Origin: an uncultured virus (IMG/VR IMGVR_UViG_3300021961_000027)
Taxonomy: Duplodnaviria > Heunggongvirae > Uroviricota > Caudoviricetes
IMG/VR virus record: IMGVR_UViG_3300021961_000027
Length of the DNA: 64,000 bases
Strand: one strand, 5' to 3'
Below the pieces are notes generated by a model. That model had not been told where the DNA came from and ran no database searches. It saw only the letters and a list, made by a program, of their open reading frames with translations. This document shows positions 18,486 to 27,809 of the stretch, piece by piece. Position numbers and translations under genes: made by a program. Each line of letters opens with the position of its first letter. Position 1 is the stretch's first letter.

Positions 18486-19151
18486 ATGAAAACATTTTAT
18501 GATTGGTTAAATGAGTCTGCTGGTGGTAGCAATTTAGATATTGTCAAGAAGGCATTTGCAGATGGTATAGATAAAGATGATAGTTCAGTTTTGGGTTATC
18601 ATGGTACGAGTTTATTATCATTACAATCAGCTATAGATCGTGGTTATTTTAGAGTGACTGAAGGGACTGGTGTTCTTTATGGAGGAGAGCATAGTGGTTA
18701 TTCTAAAGATTTTAGTGATTATGGATTTCACATCATGCCCAATCCTGACAATAAAATCGTAAAGGGAATGGAGTTTAGGAATCCTTTGAATACGAGTGCT
18801 ATAACTATTGCTGGTCAATTTGCTGGTGTAATTAGGGACAGACATGCAAGATTTCAGAAGTATGGATTGGATTTAGATAATCCTAAACATCATGAGCTAT
18901 TATATCCGATTGAGAACATGGAGAAGACTGAGTCTGAAATAGTTCGTAAACATAAATTAAGATCTGTTGGTCCTATTAAAAGTGGTGGAGTGATACTTGC
19001 GATATCTGACAAAGTAAAGGATGAGTTTGAGGTAGTGGTTGGGGGTGATGGTGATGATTTGAATATAAAAACGAATGCGTTGCCGTTGAGGTATGTTGTT
19101 GGAATAGAGCCTGTAGATGATTATTCGTTTGATGTTTTAGATAGTTTATGA
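18486..19151 (+). CDS. putative capsid-internal protein, ART-like
   Basis: N-terminus MKTFYDWLNE; LGYHGTS motif; TAAATA at 18473-18478. Confidence 0.65.
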   Translation: MKTFYDWLNESAGGSNLDIVKKAFADGIDKDDSSVLGYHGTSLLSLQSAIDRGYFRVTEGTGVLYGGEHSGYSKDFSDYGFHIMPNPDNKIVKGMEFRNPLNTSAITIAGQFAGVIRDRHARFQKYGLDLDNPKHHELLYPIENMEKTESEIVRKHKLRSVGPIKSGGVILAISDKVKDEFEVVVGGDGDDLNIKTNALPLRYVVGIEPVDDYSFDVLDSL

Positions 19152-19864
19152 AAAAAGAAGAGTTTGTGAACCGTAGCACTCTCAGGGGTGTAGACAGTCG
19201 AGAGAACAGAGGGTACTTAGTAAATCATTTTAGTAAGGTGAGTAGTGAGGTTGTATGTGCTCACTGTGAGAGTGATGCGTATTACATGGCTGAGTATTTG
19301 TTAGCTAATCAAGATTTATCTGGTCCATTTATTGAATTTGGTTGTTTCAACGGTGGAATGAGTTGTAAGTTATCTGAGGTATGTGGTTTACTTAATAAAA
19401 AATATATCATATTTGATACATTCTCTGGATTGCCATCTTCGGCCCTGTATAAGACTTATGACGCTAATAGGGCATATTTAGGGGATTTTAAGGAGGGTGC
19501 TTTTAGTTGTGCTCATTCAGAGGTTGTAAGTAATTTAGAGAAGTTTGGTAATTTATCTGTTTGTGAGTTTCATATTGGTTTAATAGAAGAAACTTTGGGA
19601 TTGACTGATTACAAGCCTTCGTGTTGTTTTATTGATGTTGACATAATATCAACAGCTAGATTTATATTAAAGAGTATAGTTCCTAGGCTTGAGGGTAATT
19701 TAATTTTTACTCATGAGAGTTGTGTGAGTGATTACATGGATGCTATTTTGGATGAGGTGTGGTGGAGGGAGATGGGCAGGGTGGTGCCTAATTATGGTAT
19801 TGATTATAAAACTGGTTTGCCTAATTTAGCTGGGAGTATGTGTTTAACGTATTTAATGTTTTGA
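19148..19864 (+). CDS. TylF/MycF-family O-methyltransferase-like protein
   Basis: GPFIEFGCFNGG, IFDTFSGLP, GLIEETL, FIDVD motifs. Confidence 0.8.
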   Translation: MKKEEFVNRSTLRGVDSRENRGYLVNHFSKVSSEVVCAHCESDAYYMAEYLLANQDLSGPFIEFGCFNGGMSCKLSEVCGLLNKKYIIFDTFSGLPSSALYKTYDANRAYLGDFKEGAFSCAHSEVVSNLEKFGNLSVCEFHIGLIEETLGLTDYKPSCCFIDVDIISTARFILKSIVPRLEGNLIFTHESCVSDYMDAILDEVWWREMGRVVPNYGIDYKTGLPNLAGSMCLTYLMF

Positions 19865-20026
19865 TATTTGAGAAGAAGTTTTTATTAAATACTGATGATT
19901 TTGATTGTATTTGAAGCCAGCTTGATTTAATTGAATTAGATTGCCATGATATTGACAGAATGCAGTTATTAAATTGTGCCATAGTGTGGAGGATTAGTTT
20001 TGTTTCTGGGTTAGGGGTTCTGAGCA

Positions 20027-20545
20027 TTATACATTCTGCATTCTATTTACTAGTATATCTGATCTTGTGCGATCCATGAATGTGAGAGGTATTTGCCAAT
20101 TGAAGTCTTTGTGTTTGAGTTTTCTATTTAATCTAGTTTCGACGCATGGAATGCATAGAAATTTATCTACATCTTTTCCGGCGGCTTTTTTCCATACTTT
20201 GTGTTGTAGCATATAGCCATATTCACCAATATCGTACACATTAATCATACAATCGTGGCAGCAACCGCTCATGGCGCTACGATTTTGTATACATGAGTCG
20301 AATATAAGAATGAGTAATTCTTGTGTATTTGCGGTGGGGTTGTCTTTTGTTACATTAATAACAATTTGTGCTGTTTCTAGTGCGACAACTTCGTCACGAA
20401 TGCGTAGTTTCCTCGAAACATCATCGTGAATGACTGTGTAGTCATGTATATTATTTTTTGCGAATTCAATAGCTTGAATGATCCTTGGGATCTTTCTGAT
20501 GAAGAATTCGATTGCTTTTGAGACACTTGCTAATTTCCTATTCAT
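20027..20545 (-). CDS. hypothetical protein with C-terminal CxxC pairs
   Basis: CHDC...YMLQHKVW...LCIPCVETRLNRKL. Confidence 0.7.
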   Translation of the reverse strand: MNRKLASVSKAIEFFIRKIPRIIQAIEFAKNNIHDYTVIHDDVSRKLRIRDEVVALETAQIVINVTKDNPTANTQELLILIFDSCIQNRSAMSGCCHDCMINVYDIGEYGYMLQHKVWKKAAGKDVDKFLCIPCVETRLNRKLKHKDFNWQIPLTFMDRTRSDILVNRMQNV

Positions 20546-21159
20546 TTGACTTTCCTTTTTTTTCTTTTGTAGCTGATCTTGAAAATGCTGCTTAGTTTGT
20601 AGGATACAGCAATTTTCCTTAATGAGGGGTAGTGGACCGTGTCATTGTTATTAATTTTTGCTTGTCGTTGTCTATCGAGCCAAGCAGCGAATTTTCTTTC
20701 TTCTGGGTCTTTGCTTTTGAGAAAGGGTAATCTTTTGTTTGTTGTGATGAATTGGCAGACTTTGTGGCATATTTGTTCTGCTCTTTCTTGGTAGTTTGTG
20801 GTATCGAATAGATTTGTGAGGTTATATTGGTTTGCGATGTTTTGCAGGAAGTCATAATGTATTGCATTTCCATTTGACTTCTTAGCTTGTCTTTGGACGA
20901 TGAGCCAAGCTCCTAGTTGTGCTTCTTCTTTATCTTTTGATTTCTTTTTGGGTATTCTGTTATTTTGAATAGTGAATTGGCAGACTTTGTGGCATATTTG
21001 TTCTGCCTTTTCTTGATTGGAAGCAAGAAGGTGGTCTAATTGTTCTTTTTGAAAAGTTTCCATGATAGAGTTTGGGAGTTCGCCTTTAGCTTTAAGGTGT
21101 CTCCATTGGTACAATTTGGTTTTCATTTTATTTGTCAAGTGTCTGGTTTGGAGCTTCAT
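20542..21159 (-). CDS. helicase-associated (HA)-like repeat protein, 2 repeats
   Basis: F...NRIP...KD.EE..LGAWL..QRQAK repeats. Confidence 0.7.
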   Translation of the reverse strand: MKLQTRHLTNKMKTKLYQWRHLKAKGELPNSIMETFQKEQLDHLLASNQEKAEQICHKVCQFTIQNNRIPKKKSKDKEEAQLGAWLIVQRQAKKSNGNAIHYDFLQNIANQYNLTNLFDTTNYQERAEQICHKVCQFITTNKRLPFLKSKDPEERKFAAWLDRQRQAKINNNDTVHYPSLRKIAVSYKLSSIFKISYKRKKRKVK

Positions 21160-21989
21160 GCTTTGTCCTTTGTGTCGAAAAGGTGTGGCAATCCGTAGGA
21201 TTCTGCGATCTTTTGGTCAGATTCGTAAAATTTACGACGATTTCCTACTCCTTTCTTGGCTTGGCGACGATTATAAAGAAAAGCGCCTAATTTCTTTTCT
21301 TCTTCATCTTTTGCCTTGCCAGAAGGAAGTCTATTATTAGTATTGTAGAATTTGCAAACTTTAATTGTTCTTTCATTAGAAAGTTGTTCTGGGTCAATTT
21401 CTTCGAAAAGGTGTGGCAATCCGTAAGATTCTGCAATCTTTTGGTCAGATTTGTAGAATTTAGATTTTCCCAGTCCTTTCTTAGCTTGGCGACGATGGCT
21501 GATAAACTCTCCTAATTTCTTTTCTTCTTCATCTTTTGTATATCTTGAAGGAAGCCTATTATTAGTCTTATAGAATTCACAAACTTTAATTGTGTTTTCA
21601 TTGGAAAGTTTTTCTGTATCAATTGCAATTGAACCAAAAATGGTTGGCAATCCATAAAATTCTAAGACCTTTTGGTCAGATTCGTAAAATTTAAATTTGC
21701 TTAATCCTTTCTTGGCTTGGCGACGAGTATTAATAAAGCTAGCTAATTTCTTTTCTTCTCGATCTTTTGCTCTTGTAGAAGGAAGTCTATTATTAATTTT
21801 ATGAAATTCACAAACTTTCTTTGTGTTTTCATTAGAGAGTTGTTCTTTGTTGTAAAACAAATGAATCAAATTCTCTTTCTTGAGAGAATTAATTTGTTCA
21901 TTTGTTAACAATCCAGAAGCGTATTGTTTTTTAAAATACTGGAGTTTGTTTGCAAGTCTATCAGGTAGATGTTTCACTTCAAGTTGCAT
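21156..21989 (-). CDS. HA-like repeat protein, 3 repeats
   Basis: SNE.T.KVC.F...NNRLPS...KD.EEKKL..F...RRQAKKG...FY.SDQK three times. Confidence 0.75.
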   Translation of the reverse strand: MQLEVKHLPDRLANKLQYFKKQYASGLLTNEQINSLKKENLIHLFYNKEQLSNENTKKVCEFHKINNRLPSTRAKDREEKKLASFINTRRQAKKGLSKFKFYESDQKVLEFYGLPTIFGSIAIDTEKLSNENTIKVCEFYKTNNRLPSRYTKDEEEKKLGEFISHRRQAKKGLGKSKFYKSDQKIAESYGLPHLFEEIDPEQLSNERTIKVCKFYNTNNRLPSGKAKDEEEKKLGAFLYNRRQAKKGVGNRRKFYESDQKIAESYGLPHLFDTKDKA

Positions 21990-21992
21990 GTT

Positions 21993-22805
21993 CTAACTCC
22001 TACTCTCAAACAAGTTCGGAAATCCATAAGATTCTGCGATCTTTTGATCTGAATCATAAAATGTATATTTTTTCTTTTTCTTGGCATCACGGCGAGTTAA
22101 AAGAAAAGCACCTAATTTCTTTTCTTCTTCATCTTTGGAATATTTCGAAGGAAGCCTACTATTAGTCTTGTAGAATTCACAAACTTTCTTTGTGTTTTCA
22201 TTAGATAATTTTTCTATATCAATTGGATCAAAAAGTTTTGGCATCCCGTAAGATTCTGCAATCTTTTGATCTGATTCGTAAAATTTGGATCTTCCTACTC
22301 CTTTTTTTGCGCTACGCCGTTTGCCTATAAATGAACTTAATTTAAATTCTTCTTGATCTTTTGAATGGCAATACGGAAGTCTATTGTATAGTTTGTAAAA
22401 TTCACAAACTTTTTTTGTGTTTTCGTTAGAAACTTTTTCTAGGTCGATTGAAATAAAAAGGTTTGGTATGCCAAAAGATTCTGCAATCTTTTGGTCTGAT
22501 TCATAAAAGTTTCCTCTTTTACCTTTCTTGGATAAACGACGAGAACTCATGAATTTGGCCATCTTTTTTTCGTGTGTGTCTTCAGAATCTGGAGTAGGAA
22601 ATCTGTTATGTTTCTTGACAAACTCACAGAGTTCTGTAGTTTTATAATTTGAAGTTTGTTCACTGTTAAAAAGCAAGTGTAACAAATTTTCTTTTTCAAA
22701 TGTATTGATATAATCTTTTGGTAAAAGTCCTACGGCGTATTGTTTTCTGTAATACTCCAGTCTAATTCTCATTTTAGGAGGCAAATGTTTTACTTCAAGT
22801 TTCAT
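21993..22805 (-). CDS. HA-like repeat protein, 3 repeats
   Basis: Same repeat of about 75 aa three times; GGAGG SD; follows motif copy 6. Confidence 0.75.
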   Translation of the reverse strand: MKLEVKHLPPKMRIRLEYYRKQYAVGLLPKDYINTFEKENLLHLLFNSEQTSNYKTTELCEFVKKHNRFPTPDSEDTHEKKMAKFMSSRRLSKKGKRGNFYESDQKIAESFGIPNLFISIDLEKVSNENTKKVCEFYKLYNRLPYCHSKDQEEFKLSSFIGKRRSAKKGVGRSKFYESDQKIAESYGMPKLFDPIDIEKLSNENTKKVCEFYKTNSRLPSKYSKDEEEKKLGAFLLTRRDAKKKKKYTFYDSDQKIAESYGFPNLFESRS

Positions 22806-22833
22806 GTGGCACCTCCATGTTTACCGGCATCAG

Positions 22834-22859
22834 TAACAAACGATTATTCGATTATCGCA
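22834..22859 (-). promoter_or_regulatory. 26-nt junction motif, copy 6 (divergent)
   Basis: TGCGATAATCGAATAATCGTTTGTTA; contains the upstream gene's stop. Confidence 0.7.
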
Positions 22860-23901
22860 TGGATTTTTTCAGGCCGAATAATCGGGGAAGGCCGTAAGAT
22901 TCTGCGATTTTAATGTCAGAATCATAAACTTTGCCTCTACGAGTTCCCTTAAAATTAGCCCTTTTTTTCTTCATAAATTCTGCTAATTTCTTTTCGTGCA
23001 GATCAGAAGTTTTAATTCTTGGTAATCTTTTATTAGCGATTATAAACTCACAAGATTCTTTAACTTTTTGATTTGATATAGCTTCAAAATCAATTTTTTT
23101 AAAGAGATCTGGAATTCCAAAAGACTCTGCAATCTTTTGGTCTGATTCATAGAATTTAAGTCTTCGTGTTCCATTTTTGGCAGCACGCTTAGTACGGAGG
23201 AAGTATTCCAATTTCTTTTCTTTTTTGTTTTTACTTGATTTGTATGGATTTCTTCCGTATTTCAATATAAATTTGCAAGATTCAGTTGTTTTGTCATTAG
23301 ACATCCTTTCAAGGTTTTTCATATCAAATATTTTGCCAAGACCGAAAGACTCTGCGATCTTTTGATCTGATTTGTAGAAAGTAACATTGCCTTTTCCTAA
23401 TTTAGCTCGACGCTTATGAACTAGGAAATACGCTAATTGTTTTTCAGAAGCATCTTTGGAATTTTTAGTAGGCAATTTGTTATTATCATTAACAAAAGTG
23501 CATAGTTTTGTTATCATTTCATTTGATATTTTTTCCAAGTCTTCTTGTTCAAATAAGTTTGGGAGTCCGTAAGATTCTGCAATTTCTTGTTCTACAGGGT
23601 AGAATTTGGCTTTGCCTTTGCCTATTTTTGCACGGCGTTTAGTGCAATGAAAACGAGACAATCTTTTTTCTTCTGCCGAATTACTTTTAAGTGGAAATCT
23701 GCCTGTTTCCTTTACAAATTCGCATAATAACTTTGTATTTTCAATTGATGCTTCTTCTCTTGTTTTAAAGAGGTGCATGAGATCTTCGTTAATCATTGCT
23801 TTGAGTTGATCGCTTGGCAGTTTATTAGTGATATATTGGCGTTTCAAGGTAGACAATTTTTTACGATACTTAGTAGGCAGGTGTTTTCGTTGCAGTTTCA
23901 T
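22852..23901 (-). CDS. HA-like repeat protein, 4 repeats
   Basis: Same repeat four times (FY.SDQKIAES.G.P.LF). Confidence 0.75.
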   Translation of the reverse strand: MKLQRKHLPTKYRKKLSTLKRQYITNKLPSDQLKAMINEDLMHLFKTREEASIENTKLLCEFVKETGRFPLKSNSAEEKRLSRFHCTKRRAKIGKGKAKFYPVEQEIAESYGLPNLFEQEDLEKISNEMITKLCTFVNDNNKLPTKNSKDASEKQLAYFLVHKRRAKLGKGNVTFYKSDQKIAESFGLGKIFDMKNLERMSNDKTTESCKFILKYGRNPYKSSKNKKEKKLEYFLRTKRAAKNGTRRLKFYESDQKIAESFGIPDLFKKIDFEAISNQKVKESCEFIIANKRLPRIKTSDLHEKKLAEFMKKKRANFKGTRRGKVYDSDIKIAESYGLPRLFGLKKSMR

Positions 23902-23945
23902 ATAATTCCTTTTATATAGTACTGCGCTGTCTAGTCAAAATAGTA

Positions 23946-23979
23946 TCAGCAGCACGGTCATTATAGGCCGTGCTGCTGA
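23946..23979. terminator. GC-rich hairpin, terminator-like
   Basis: TCAGCAGCACGGTC-ATTATA-GGCCGTGCTGCTGA. Confidence 0.6.
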
Positions 23980-23999
23980 AAAAGTAAGTTTAATATGGT

Positions 24000-24191
24000 T
24001 TAGTCTTGGAAGCCGACGATTTTGACGATAACATCATTTTTAAGAAGTTCTTCTACTTCGTTTTTTTTAAGTTGTGATCCAACTCTTGGTTCAAGGATAT
24101 TAGTGAGAGAGATAACCTCGTAAGTCGGATCATCTTTTGAGTTTTTGAAGGATATCAGTTGTCGCAATGTAATCTTGAGTTTCATGTTCAA
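24000..24191 (-). CDS. hypothetical protein
   Basis: 63-aa ORF with AGGAG SD. Confidence 0.55.
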   Translation of the reverse strand: MNMKLKITLRQLISFKNSKDDPTYEVISLTNILEPRVGSQLKKNEVEELLKNDVIVKIVGFQD

Positions 24192-24457
24192 TCTCCTTTG
24201 TTCAAATCGTGTAGGCTGAATTCATGAATGCTAAGTAGAAAGTATTCTTTGGCCATTCTATGCCAATCGCCGGGAGAGAGCAAGTTTTTTGTCGGATTAT
24301 CTTTTTCTCCCATAAAGTTATTAACAGCAACTTCTATTGAGAATAACAATTCAGGTATAACAGATGAATCTTTATTAGATCTAAACTTTTCAATTTGATC
24401 TTTGACCAAATTGAAAAGTTTTAAATCTGTTTCAGTTTGTGAATTTGGAGTATTCAT
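24188..24457 (-). CDS. hypothetical protein
   Basis: 89-aa ORF. Confidence 0.6.
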   Translation of the reverse strand: MNTPNSQTETDLKLFNLVKDQIEKFRSNKDSSVIPELLFSIEVAVNNFMGEKDNPTKNLLSPGDWHRMAKEYFLLSIHEFSLHDLNKGD

Positions 24458-24486
24458 ATAATTAAAAATCCTTAGTGGATATAAAA

Positions 24487-24684
24487 TTATTGATTAAGGG
24501 CAGTCATTCTCTTTTTGACGAATTCATAGATAGCATCATGGAACGCATCGCAATCTAGAGCACTTTTTGCTTCTTTTGAGTCTCCATGAATGAAAATCTC
24601 TGCGACATCCATGCTATCATCATTTTCATATTCATAAACAAATGGCATGTTACCAAAAGTAAAGCTGCTAGAAACACTAACCAT
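24487..24684 (-). CDS. hypothetical protein
   Basis: AAGGAG SD; preceded by RNA element copy A. Confidence 0.65.
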   Translation of the reverse strand: MVSVSSSFTFGNMPFVYEYENDDSMDVAEIFIHGDSKEAKSALDCDAFHDAIYEFVKKRMTALNQ

Positions 24685-24697
24685 TTGATTCTCCTTA

Positions 24698-24745
24698 AAC
24701 CTAGGTGGTGTGCCCTAGGGTTTTATTATTCCCCACACCGGGATT
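24698..24745 (-). ncRNA. two-hairpin kissing-loop element, copy A
   Basis: TCCC-GGTGTG-GGGA...CCTAGG-GCACACCA-CCTAGG. Confidence 0.6.
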
Positions 24746-24750
24746 AAAAA

Positions 24751-25035
24751 TTAAACTTGATGGTTTTCGCAGCGAGTGTTTTCGCAGCGATACACCAGCT
24801 TGCCTTTATCCAATTGATAACTTACTCCAAATGCACAGATGGAACAATCTCCAACATTTAAAGTATTATTCCATCCTTGCTCAGCTAGAAAAATCTCCAA
24901 GAACTGTTTCAAAGCTTCGGGATGCTTCTCGCCCAACTTGGCAAGAGAATCAACAACAGCTTCCAACTTGTTTTCGTCATCCCAAGAAATCAAATTGAAC
25001 ATTTTTTCAACAGGACTAAGATTTTGAGTAGCCAT
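24751..25035 (-). CDS. hypothetical protein with C-terminal Zn-ribbon-like motif
   Basis: CSIC...CENTRC; AAGGAG SD; preceded by RNA element copy B. Confidence 0.7.
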   Translation of the reverse strand: MATQNLSPVEKMFNLISWDDENKLEAVVDSLAKLGEKHPEALKQFLEIFLAEQGWNNTLNVGDCSICAFGVSYQLDKGKLVYRCENTRCENHQV

Positions 25036-25056
25036 GAAAACACACTCCTTAAAAAT

Positions 25057-25103
25057 AACCTAGGTGGTGTGCCCTAGGCTCGGTTTATCCCCACACCGGG
25101 ATT
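25057..25103 (-). ncRNA. two-hairpin kissing-loop element, copy B
   Basis: ATCCC-GGTGTG-GGGAT...AGCCTAGG-GCACACCA-CCTAGGTT. Confidence 0.6.
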
Positions 25104-25126
25104 CATTCTAAATATTCCAACTAATC

Positions 25127-25312
25127 CTATCGAATCTTATCTTGCAAAAGTTTTTCAACATCTTTTGCAGAGACAGTCGAGAACATCCAGTTCATCCTAA
25201 TATCATTGAATTGCTGGATATTATCCTTAAGAAATTCAAGAGAATTTCTAATAATATCCAACTCTTCGTTGGTCAAATTAATAACAACTTCATCAGCAAC
25301 ATTAGTAGCCAT
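25127..25312 (-). CDS. hypothetical protein
   Basis: AAGGAGG SD. Confidence 0.65.
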   Translation of the reverse strand: MATNVADEVVINLTNEELDIIRNSLEFLKDNIQQFNDIRMNWMFSTVSAKDVEKLLQDKIR

Positions 25313-25346
25313 AACAAATCCTCCTTAGAATAAAAAACCTAGTAAA

Positions 25347-25889
25347 TCAAGAAATTGCAGAAACCTCATCTTCACAATCACTACAGGACTTTCGCAAAAT
25401 ATGCAAAATATCACAAAGTTTGTCATGAGAAATATCATCAAGGTTTATAGTAACATCTTGTATCATGTGCCATCCGGTAAGAGTATTGATCTCCTCAATA
25501 CAATCATTTAAAGGCAATTGTAGTAGATGTGATAAACATTCCATTGTCATTTCATCTACGGCTTCATCGCTAAGCTCTAAAATGTAATGATTAGAAATAT
25601 TATTACGCTTAGAACCGAGTTCTTTAGGCTTTACTACTTTGCCATTTTTGGGAAATGCTTTCCTATCATTTTCATCATAAAATCCAATCAAGGGTCTGTT
25701 TGGCCAAGACACATCATTCACTGTGTCAATTGGCACATGTGCATTTTCCTTGGGACTATAGGAAGTGCAATTTTCCAACCAATAGCTTAGAATGGTGTTC
25801 CAATAATTAATTTCTACAAAAAGTTCAACATTCACAGTGCCATTGTTATTAGACGAAATCGATACTTTGAAATTAGAAACAAAATTCAT
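25347..25889 (-). CDS. hypothetical protein
   Basis: AAGGAGG SD; downstream of motif copy 7. Confidence 0.75.
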   Translation of the reverse strand: MNFVSNFKVSISSNNNGTVNVELFVEINYWNTILSYWLENCTSYSPKENAHVPIDTVNDVSWPNRPLIGFYDENDRKAFPKNGKVVKPKELGSKRNNISNHYILELSDEAVDEMTMECLSHLLQLPLNDCIEEINTLTGWHMIQDVTINLDDISHDKLCDILHILRKSCSDCEDEVSAIS

Positions 25890-25951
25890 ATTAAATCCTC
25901 CTTAAAAAATTTTTACTTACCACACAGCGAGTTTTTTACGCCTTACATCTG

Positions 25952-25977
25952 TAACGAACGCCGACTTGATTATCGCA
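25952..25977 (-). promoter_or_regulatory. 26-nt junction motif, copy 7
   Basis: TGCGATAATCAAGTCGGCGTTCGTTA. Confidence 0.8.
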
Positions 25978-25982
25978 TGGAC

Positions 25983-27056
25983 TCAGGGGCTGGCTTTTGC
26001 AGCCATGAAATCTTTTCCGCACAATATTTCACAACATTCGAAATACTCCCCACTTTCAGTCTTGCAAGACTTAGCAAGCTTTTCGACAAAGCTCTTCGAA
26101 AGCTTTCTGCCGTAGCTTTTGAATATCATTTGAATTACCTTGGTATTATATTCCCTTTTGAGACTGCTATAACCTTTTGAAACACCCATAAACTCTTTCA
26201 AGAGTTGCAGTTTTTCAGATGGTTCCAAAGAATTCAAATAAGCTTGGTAAATAGCTGGTCTGTTATATTTAGTCAGCATATATCGACCAAGTTCACAAAT
26301 TCTATTAGTAGATCTCATATCAGAAGAAATTACAATTTCTTCGAAAACATCAAAGAATTCATTTCCAAACGCATTGAACATGTTATCAACAAGATTATCA
26401 CTTGAGGATAAAAGAATAAAATTACTTCGACTCAAATAAGGCGAAGTGAAGCAGCTATTAACTATAGCTTTATACATATCACGCCTTGTCAACATAAAGT
26501 TGAATCTGTTGCAAAATTGCACAAAGTTTGCTTCAGAGTCTGGAATATAGGAATTTTCTCTACAATAATAGTCTTCAATAACCTTACGGTTTTCTTCAAA
26601 CCATTCTGGAGAAAGGCAGCTAGCATAATTAAAAGTATGAACAGAATAAGTACTTGTCCAGTCAATAGGATGATAATAAATACGAAGCTCTGCCACTTTT
26701 GCAGCATTTGCAAGCCAACTATTGTACTTTTCAGCATCAGCCGGATTAATATCAAAAAGCCTACTCATTATTTTGGAATGAAAATTGGCCAAACTAGAGT
26801 TAATCCGTTCAAATATTTTTTCAAGGACTTCCCACTTGCCATTTTGCTTAAGCTTATTAAAATGCTTATACAGCTTTTTCATGAAAGGGCTAACATCATA
26901 ATCATTAGCTTCCATGTGTTGGATAGCTTTCTGAATATCCTTTTGGGCAATATGACCTTTGTAGTCCCTCATGATGTTCATGAGGACTTCATCGCCATTT
27001 TTCTCAATCAAGCTTTCAGCAAACTTTTGAACCAGAACTTCTTTGTGACTTGCCAT
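25983..27056 (-). CDS. hypothetical protein
   Basis: Likely start MASHKEV after AAGGAG; flanked by identical 38-bp repeats. Confidence 0.8.
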   Translation of the reverse strand: MASHKEVLVQKFAESLIEKNGDEVLMNIMRDYKGHIAQKDIQKAIQHMEANDYDVSPFMKKLYKHFNKLKQNGKWEVLEKIFERINSSLANFHSKIMSRLFDINPADAEKYNSWLANAAKVAELRIYYHPIDWTSTYSVHTFNYASCLSPEWFEENRKVIEDYYCRENSYIPDSEANFVQFCNRFNFMLTRRDMYKAIVNSCFTSPYLSRSNFILLSSSDNLVDNMFNAFGNEFFDVFEEIVISSDMRSTNRICELGRYMLTKYNRPAIYQAYLNSLEPSEKLQLLKEFMGVSKGYSSLKREYNTKVIQMIFKSYGRKLSKSFVEKLAKSCKTESGEYFECCEILCGKDFMAAKASP

Positions 27057-27087
27057 TGTTAACTCCTTTTTGTTCGGCTTACATCTG

Positions 27088-27113
27088 TAACGAACGCCGA
27101 CTTGATTATCGCA
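27088..27113 (-). promoter_or_regulatory. 26-nt junction motif, copy 8
   Basis: TGCGATAATCAAGTCGGCGTTCGTTA; contains the upstream stop. Confidence 0.8.
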
Positions 27114-27522
27114 TGAATGCTTCAATCCACGGCTTGGCTTTTTCTGCAAGAGATTCTAGAACTTCATCTCTAAAAACAAACTGAAGCCAAATAGTTTGTG
27201 CATGTTCTATTGAAATTCTTTTAACTTCACTAGGATCCATGTATTCATCTTCGTCTGTATATTTTGCGGAATTGGGATCAATATCAAGAGAGATTTTTAA
27301 TAGGCTTTTGTCTTCCTTTATGATTTGATCATTTTTAATAAGCTTTTGTTGTACTTCTAAGTCGAATTCTTCTTCATTGAATGCAAAAATGATTTCATGC
27401 AAAGAATCTGCTAATTGTTTGTGCAAGCAGATTACACGATATGGTTTTTCTCGCAAAGTATCAAACACTATTGCTTCAAATTTATTTGACAAAATCTTGG
27501 CAGCGTTCTCAAGAGTAATCAT
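27106..27522 (-). CDS. hypothetical protein
   Basis: AAGGAGGAG SD; ends ...MR* inside motif copy 8. Confidence 0.75.
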   Translation of the reverse strand: MITLENAAKILSNKFEAIVFDTLREKPYRVICLHKQLADSLHEIIFAFNEEEFDLEVQQKLIKNDQIIKEDKSLLKISLDIDPNSAKYTDEDEYMDPSEVKRISIEHAQTIWLQFVFRDEVLESLAEKAKPWIEAFMR

Positions 27523-27577
27523 GACTCCTCCTTGTGTTTGTAACTATATTGATATTTGACCAGTTGAAATTCCAATC

Positions 27578-27799
27578 TCAAAAATCATAAGAGTGAGTAA
27601 GCCAGTGATTAAAAGAGATTGCTTCTGCAAGATTGCTAGTAAAACAACCTACTTTTGATCTTCCTAGGCTTATATCACTAGTTCTGATTATAGATTGATT
27701 AATCTTACTACGCCAATTATCAGAACTAAGAAATTCAATACTTTCAAAATTTGAAAATGAAAAGCATAAATTCTTGTGTTCGTTTGGAAAAAATCGCAT
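27578..27799 (-). CDS. small aromatic/Ser-rich hypothetical protein
   Basis: Likely start MRFFPNE after GAGG. Confidence 0.5.
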   Translation of the reverse strand: MRFFPNEHKNLCFSFSNFESIEFLSSDNWRSKINQSIIRTSDISLGRSKVGCFTSNLAEAISFNHWLTHSYDF

Positions 27800-27809
27800 T
27801 TCAAGTCCT

